A stretch of DNA of 64,000 bases, taken from contig WLWN01000001.1 of assembly GCA_012103575.1 (NCBI GenBank), positions 1,484,538 through 1,548,537 of the forward strand, read 5' to 3'. Each line of letters starts with the position of its first letter. Position 1 is the first letter of the stretch. Shown here in pieces: positions 58,770 through 64,000 of this stretch. A model generated the notes under the pieces. That model was given only the letters and a program-made list of their open reading frames with translations, did no database searches and was not told the origin of the DNA. The translations under genes were made by a program, and so were the position numbers. This DNA comes from Kiritimatiellia bacterium (GTDB lineage Bacteria; Verrucomicrobiota; Kiritimatiellia; WLWN01).

Positions 58770-61478
58770 ATGAAACCATTTGAGTACAGTTTAAAAAAAC
58801 TAACCCTATCGACGGGGACATCCTATTTTTATTATGATCTACACACACTCGAAAATAAAGGGTTAGGCGCTATATCAAAGTTTCCTTTTTCCCTGAAAAT
58901 ACTGCTTGAATCTCTTTTAAGAATGCAAAGCCATCCCGCCTATACCGAAGAACATGTGACTGAATTTTGTGAATGGCAACCGGGCAAAGAAACGCGCAGA
59001 GAATTTCCGTATATGCCTGCCAGAGTGTTATTGCAAGATTTTACGGGCGTACCCTGTGTCGTCGATTTGGCGGCGCTGAGAAGTACTCTCGAAAGAGCCG
59101 GACAAGACCCAAGCCTTATCGAACCTCAGATTCCCGTTGATCTAGTCATCGATCATTCTGTGCAGATTGATGACTACGGAAAGAAACCTGCGTTTGACTA
59201 TAACCTCGAAAAAGAATTTGAGCGCAATAAAGAAAGATATAGTTTTCTACATTGGGGCCAAAACGCGTTTAAAAAACTCAATGTATTACCACCAGGCCTT
59301 GGTATCTGTCATCAAGTGAATATGGAATATCTGGGTTCTTGCATTACTAGTGATACCGATGATCAAGGACAATCTATCGCCTTTCCAGATACCCTTGTTG
59401 GGACAGATTCACATACGACCATGATCAATAGTATGGGTATCCTCGGTTGGGGTGTTGGGGGCATTGAAGCAGAAGCCGCTATGCTAGGCCAACCGATTCC
59501 TCTGCTCACACCTATTGTGATAGGGGTGCGGATTGCAGGAGAGATGCAATCAGGTGTTACGCCTACAGATATTGCATTAGCGATTACCCAAATGCTACGT
59601 GAAAAAGGAGTCGTTGGCCATTTTGTAGAATTTTTTGGATCGGGCCTCGACCATTTAAGTTTGGCTGACCGTGCCCCAATAGCCAATATGTCCCCTGAAT
59701 ACGGGGCCACCATGGGATATTTTCCGATCGATGATAACACTCTAAAGTATTTACGTACAACGAGCCGGTCTGAGAAACAAATAGAATTGGTGGAACGTTA
59801 CTGCAAAGAACAGGGTCTATTCCGTACTTCAAATGCTAGCGAGCCTGAGTATGACCAAGTTGTTGAGTTAGATCTTTCCACAGTAGAGTCCAGCGTCGCA
59901 GGCCCTAAACGGCCTCAAGATCGTGTCTTAGTAAAAAACCTGCACACCTCATTCAACAAAGGATTAACCGCACCTGTGGCTGAGCGTGGATTTGGTCTTG
60001 CTGACGATCAAGTAGATAAAACGGGATCTGCTAATCCCTATGGTACATTGACACACGGGTCTGTTGTGATCGCGGCCATTACGAGTTGTACCAATACTTC
60101 AAATCCATCGTTACTTATCGGTGCAGGTCTTGTAGCAAAAAAGGCCACAGAACGAGGTCTTGCTGTTCCAGCTTATGTCAAAACAAGTTTGGCACCTGGT
60201 TCACGTGTTGTAACAGAATATCTCAAACGAGCTGCACTATTGCCGTATCTCGAAACACTTGGATTTCATGTTGTTGCATACGGGTGCACAACCTGTATTG
60301 GTAATAGCGGCCCCTTGCGACCCGAAATCGAGACAGCCATTAAAGAGAATGATCTTGTAGTCGCTGCGGCATTAAGCGGAAACAGAAATTTCGAAGGTCG
60401 AATCCATCCCTTAACCAAAGCAAACTATTTATGCTCACCCCCTTTAGTGGTAGCCTATGCCCTAAAAGGTTCTGTAGAAGGTGACTTATTAAATGATCCA
60501 CTCGGAGCAGACACCAATGGGCAACCTGTTTATTTAAAAGATATCTGGCCAACCCGGGAAGAAATAGAGTCCTTACTCGATATAGCTTTTGACCCTACAA
60601 TGTATCGTACGTTATATGAAGATGTTATGAACGCATCTCCTACCTGGAACGAAATATCGAGCGCCAAAAATGCTGTATACCCATGGGAACCAACATCTAC
60701 CTACATTCAGGAACCCTCTTTTTTTGAGGACTTAGAAGAAACACCTCAAGCGCTCGAAGATATTACAAACGCATCCATTTTAGGATATTACGGGGACTTT
60801 GTCACAACCGATCATATCTCTCCTGCGGGCGCTATTGCATTAGATGGCCCTGCAGCAAAATATCTTATAAAGGAAGATGTCCAGCCAGAAGCATTTAACT
60901 CCTTTGGCTCTCGACGTGGAAACCATGAAGTAATGATGAGAGGAACCTTTGCGAATATCCGTATTCGTAACAAGCTCGTTGACAAGGAAGGCGGATGGAC
61001 CGTTTACCATCCTACGAGTGAAGAAACCTCCATATACGATGCAGCGATGAAATATAAAGAAACAAAAACGCCTCTGGTTGTCGTTGCAGGCAAACTGTAT
61101 GGCGCAGGCTCATCACGAGATTGGGCCGCAAAAGGCACTTTTCTACTTGGTGTCAAAGCTGTATTGGCTGAAAGTTTTGAGCGTATACATCGAAGCAATT
61201 TAGTGGAAATGGGCGTACTCCCCTTAGAATTTGTAGAGAACCAAAATGCAGAGACCCTAAAATTAACCGGCAAAGAACAGATAACCATTACGGGCATTGC
61301 TGATAATCTTCAACCCGTAAAATTAATGGAAGTTATAGCTAAAGGTTCAGATGGCAACGAAATTTTCTTCAACGCTAAATGCAGGATCGATACCCCGATT
61401 GAAGTAGAATACTATCAACATGGTGGAATCCTTCAATACGTATTAAGAGACGTGATGAGAGGTAGAGACAGTGATTAG
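58770..61478 (+). CDS. acnA: Aconitate hydratase A
   Basis: About 900 aa with aconitase Fe-S cluster ligand regions ('ITSCTNTSNP', 'GCTTCIGNSG') and swivel-domain 'SRRGNHEVMMRGTF'. ATG at 58770 has SD AAGGAAAAAG. The longest ORF starts at GTG 58737. Confidence 0.9.
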   Translation: MKPFEYSLKKLTLSTGTSYFYYDLHTLENKGLGAISKFPFSLKILLESLLRMQSHPAYTEEHVTEFCEWQPGKETRREFPYMPARVLLQDFTGVPCVVDLAALRSTLERAGQDPSLIEPQIPVDLVIDHSVQIDDYGKKPAFDYNLEKEFERNKERYSFLHWGQNAFKKLNVLPPGLGICHQVNMEYLGSCITSDTDDQGQSIAFPDTLVGTDSHTTMINSMGILGWGVGGIEAEAAMLGQPIPLLTPIVIGVRIAGEMQSGVTPTDIALAITQMLREKGVVGHFVEFFGSGLDHLSLADRAPIANMSPEYGATMGYFPIDDNTLKYLRTTSRSEKQIELVERYCKEQGLFRTSNASEPEYDQVVELDLSTVESSVAGPKRPQDRVLVKNLHTSFNKGLTAPVAERGFGLADDQVDKTGSANPYGTLTHGSVVIAAITSCTNTSNPSLLIGAGLVAKKATERGLAVPAYVKTSLAPGSRVVTEYLKRAALLPYLETLGFHVVAYGCTTCIGNSGPLRPEIETAIKENDLVVAAALSGNRNFEGRIHPLTKANYLCSPPLVVAYALKGSVEGDLLNDPLGADTNGQPVYLKDIWPTREEIESLLDIAFDPTMYRTLYEDVMNASPTWNEISSAKNAVYPWEPTSTYIQEPSFFEDLEETPQALEDITNASILGYYGDFVTTDHISPAGAIALDGPAAKYLIKEDVQPEAFNSFGSRRGNHEVMMRGTFANIRIRNKLVDKEGGWTVYHPTSEETSIYDAAMKYKETKTPLVVVAGKLYGAGSSRDWAAKGTFLLGVKAVLAESFERIHRSNLVEMGVLPLEFVENQNAETLKLTGKEQITITGIADNLQPVKLMEVIAKGSDGNEIFFNAKCRIDTPIEVEYYQHGGILQYVLRDVMRGRDSD

Positions 61479-61598
61479 CTATTGGAGCCGCTTGCGCGGC
61501 TACTACAAACCATCAAATAGCTTGACCCTATGTTTACACGTGTTTGCGTCACAAGACACATCAGCGTTTATCCATTCGGTTGGCAAGAGGGTTATTGG

Positions 61599-62402
61599 TT
61601 ATTCGTTATCAGGGTTTTCCTTGTATAATTTCATCATCGCGGTAGTAGCAACTTCAATGGCCCCTTGAATATTTTGATCAAGCTTAATCACATCTTGGCC
61701 TGGTCCTGACCAAGGTGTACGATCTGAGACCGTACAAATACAGCCTGCACGCAAACCAAACAGATTGGCCAAAGTCAAAATCGTTGAGGATTCCATTTCA
61801 ACGTTAAGCACTTTCGCCTGTTTCATATCCTCTACAAGAGGATTCATCCAACTCTGCTGGTATCCTTGAAATGACATGGGCAATAGCTTTTCATCTTTAC
61901 CGATGACTTTATTCCGAGCATAGAACCCATCCACAGACCACGTGATTCCTATGTGAAAAGAATGATCCGTCATTTTTACGGTATCGACTAACGCTGATAC
62001 AATCTCGTAATGAGCAGAAGCAGGATATGCAGGACAGATATAAGACGTTGATGTTCCTTCATCTCGAATCGATGCAGTTGTAATAACGTAGTCGCCTAAA
62101 GCAACGTCTTCAGCCAAAGCGCCGCTGTTGCCGATGCGAATAAATGTATGAGCACCTAGCTTGGCGAGTTCTTCAAACAAAACAGCCGTAGAGGGTCCAC
62201 CGACCCCTGTAGACGCGGCTGTTAAAGGCACCTCTCCTTTTTTGCCGGTATGAACAACAAATTCACGAACGCGACACACCTCATTCGCTTCATCCCATTG
62301 TTGTGAAATTTTTGGTACGCGTTCAGGATCTCCACAAAGGAATACGTAAGGGGCAATATCGCCTTCTCCACAGCCTGTAATCGGTTGCACATTCTTTTTC
62401 AT
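61599..62402 (-). CDS. Nucleoside phosphorylase, PNP/UDP family 1 (DeoD/Udp-like)
   Basis: 'GDIAPYVFLCGDPERVPKI', 'FIRIGNSGAL', 'EMESSTILTLA' match the phosphate- and ribose-binding regions of DeoD/Udp phosphorylases. Confidence 0.75.
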   Translation of the reverse strand: MKKNVQPITGCGEGDIAPYVFLCGDPERVPKISQQWDEANEVCRVREFVVHTGKKGEVPLTAASTGVGGPSTAVLFEELAKLGAHTFIRIGNSGALAEDVALGDYVITTASIRDEGTSTSYICPAYPASAHYEIVSALVDTVKMTDHSFHIGITWSVDGFYARNKVIGKDEKLLPMSFQGYQQSWMNPLVEDMKQAKVLNVEMESSTILTLANLFGLRAGCICTVSDRTPWSGPGQDVIKLDQNIQGAIEVATTAMMKLYKENPDNE

Positions 62403-62476
62403 CCAACCCTCCTTATAAACAAACGTTCAGCATCTAGTACCAAGAATTCATGATCATACATTTATGGCTTCACACA

Positions 62477-63239
62477 CTACCTATCCCACCAAACCGTATC
62501 TGTGCTTTCAAAAAGAGCATCGGCCTCTTTCGGTCCCCAGGACCCGGCATCGTATTGATGTATAGGGATCGTGTTATCTTTTTCCCAAGCCCTTAGAACA
62601 GGGTCTACAATCTTCCAAGCAGTTTGAACCTCATCCGACCTCATAAAGAGCGTAGAATCACCACGCATGACATCCACTAAAAGACGTTCATAGGCTTCGG
62701 GCAAGGTATGTTGCCAGGTATCCGCATAGGTGAAATCCATGTCTACACTTTCCACTTGTACTTGTAAAGCCGGTCGTTTAGCAGAAAATTTTAATGAGAT
62801 CCCTTCTTCGGGCTGAATGCAAAACACGATCACATTAGGCTGTGTTTTTGTTAAATCACAAACATCCCCATCACATTCAACCGTTCGAAAAAATTCCAGT
62901 GGAGGCGTTTTAAATTGCACCACAATTTCGGCCACCCGTTCAGGTAATCGTTTACCCGTCCGAAGATAAAAGGGAACACCTGAGCATCTCCAATTCTGCA
63001 AATATCGATTCAATCACATGCTCGCGAAAAATAGCATCTGTATAATCACGACGGGCAAATCCAATAATAGCCAGCGTTTCAGGAATGAGTCCCTGGAGAT
63101 ACATCGCATATAAAGCGGGAATAAGTTTGCGGCGAGTCAAATCCCCTGACGCCCCAAAAATGGTGAGGGTTAAGGGTTCGATCACCTTACTCAAAACGAA
63201 ATCCTCAGCGATGTTATCTGCATGTATCTTATTTTTCAT
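62477..63239 (-). pseudogene. zwf: Glucose-6-phosphate 1-dehydrogenase remnant with ~750-bp internal out-of-frame deletion
   Basis: N-terminal 85 aa ('IFGASGDLTRRKLIPALYAMYLQGLIPETLAIIGFARRDY') and C-terminal 170 aa ('NWRCSGVPFYLRTGKRLPERVAEIVVQFKTPP...YERLLVDVMRGDSTLFMRSDEV...GSWGP') are present. They join near 62995-63010 in different frames. The NADP-binding-fold core and 'RIDHYLGKE' substrate site are missing. Confidence 0.8.
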
Positions 63240-63333
63240 CTTTGTGTCTATTGACGTATAGGTATGAGGAAGATAATATAAGTCTTATCAATAGTAAACA
63301 TATATGCCAACGGCACTAAGAATAGGCGTGACT

Positions 63334-64000
63334 ATGAGTTATATCCGAAAACGTAAAGGCTGGGAAATCCCTGAACGAAGCGTAACTTCAGAAGATATCT
63401 ACTGGAATCGGCGACGTTTTATCAAGGCAATGGGATTGGGCAGTATTGGAGCCCTCTCTTTAGCGACAGGGTGTGAAGCAGGTGAGACTTCTACGAAAGA
63501 AGTCATGAGCCCAACGATTCGCAACCCTCTAGATGCACCCGCTCGTGATTTATATCCCGTCAAACGCAATCTATCCTTCACCGCGAATCGATCCTTAACA
63601 CCCGAGGATATAGCAGCTGGATATAACAACTTTTATGAGTTTACAACCGACAAAGAAGGCGTATGGCCTCTCGCCCAAAAATTAAATATCAAACCTTGGG
63701 AAATAGAAATCACAGGTCTTGTTGATAGACCCCAAAAATGTGATATCGATAAACTCATTCGCATGATGCCTCTAGAAGAGCGCATTTACCGGTTTCGTTG
63801 TGTTGAAGCCTGGGCCATGACCGTTCCCTGGACGGGATTCCCCTTAAAAGCTTTAATCGACAAAGTGAAACCTAAATCCTCCGCTAAATATCTTCGCTTT
63901 ATTACCTTTATGCGACCCACTGAAGCGCCCGGACAATACAGCGCTTCTTGGTATCCTTGGCCATACTTCGAAGGGTTGACCATGGCAGAAGCAACGAACG
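63334..64000 (+). CDS. msrP: Protein-methionine-sulfoxide reductase catalytic subunit MsrP (molybdopterin oxidoreductase), 5' part
   Basis: Tat signal 'RRRFIKAMGLGSIGALSLATG', then 'NNFYEFTTDK...RFRCVEAWAMTVPWTGFPL' typical of YedY/MsrP. Continues past the window end, so it is absent from the ORF track. Confidence 0.8.
   Translation, partial: MSYIRKRKGWEIPERSVTSEDIYWNRRRFIKAMGLGSIGALSLATGCEAGETSTKEVMSPTIRNPLDAPARDLYPVKRNLSFTANRSLTPEDIAAGYNNFYEFTTDKEGVWPLAQKLNIKPWEIEITGLVDRPQKCDIDKLIRMMPLEERIYRFRCVEAWAMTVPWTGFPLKALIDKVKPKSSAKYLRFITFMRPTEAPGQYSASWYPWPYFEGLTMAEATN

Noticed and set aside
63399-63629. Minus-strand 76-aa ORF
   Set aside because: Antisense to the well-supported msrP reading frame (Tat signal plus molybdopterin-oxidoreductase motifs).

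Overview
The window is a 64 kb bacterial chromosomal segment of about 45% GC, densely coded. I found no rRNA, tRNA or CRISPR array.

- **1–17393, minus strand: trans-AT polyketide synthase locus.** An acyl-AMP ligase, an SDR reductase, a free ACP, a 3530-aa PKS (KS-DH-KR-ACP-KS-DH-ACP-KS-ACP, no AT domains) and the start of a second PKS (KS, degenerate AT-like and DH-like regions, ACP, TE; runs off the window).
- **17.4–29.7 kb: truncated division/cell-wall (dcw) cluster.** Order is mraZ, rsmH, ftsL-like, ftsI, murE, murF, mraY, murD, a three-LysM protein, ftsW. It ends at ftsW, where a DUF697 gene and the PKS locus follow. A MraZ-operator-like promoter sits upstream of mraZ.
- **30.6–38.6 kb: island of secreted surface proteins** with Ig-like, TSP3 calcium-binding and Gly-rich repeats. 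Several are broken by homopolymer frameshifts and in-frame TAA codons.
- **38.85–40.82 kb: IS graveyard** holding an IS110 C-terminal fragment and a degraded IS1380-family element.
- **41–45.5 kb: Anbu-type operon** (circularly permuted ATP-grasp, alpha-E, Anbu proteasome homologue, transglutaminase). A four-helix-bundle gene flanked by hairpin repeats is inserted in it, and alpha-E and Anbu are frameshifted.
- **Housekeeping genes:** thiI, an M50 protease, a Ddl-like ATP-grasp, glnE with a ~300-aa N-terminal extension, menE-menC-menA, a DnaQ-like exonuclease, acnA, a nucleoside phosphorylase, zwf carrying an internal deletion, and the 5' part of msrP.

Two repeat families stand out.

- **163-bp MITE:** three >97% identical copies, ~45-bp terminal inverted repeats, 5-bp target-site duplications. 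Its termini match the IS1380 remnant in the same window.
- **GTCGAAAG/GTCAAAG palindromic element:** sits directly after stop codons, and its sequence also appears in-frame in two PKS inter-domain linkers.

The zwf deletion, the in-frame TAA codons and the IS remnants suggest ongoing reductive genome decay. The dcw gene order resembles the chlamydial murF-mraY-murD-nlpD-ftsW layout, but I hold that taxonomic hint at low confidence.
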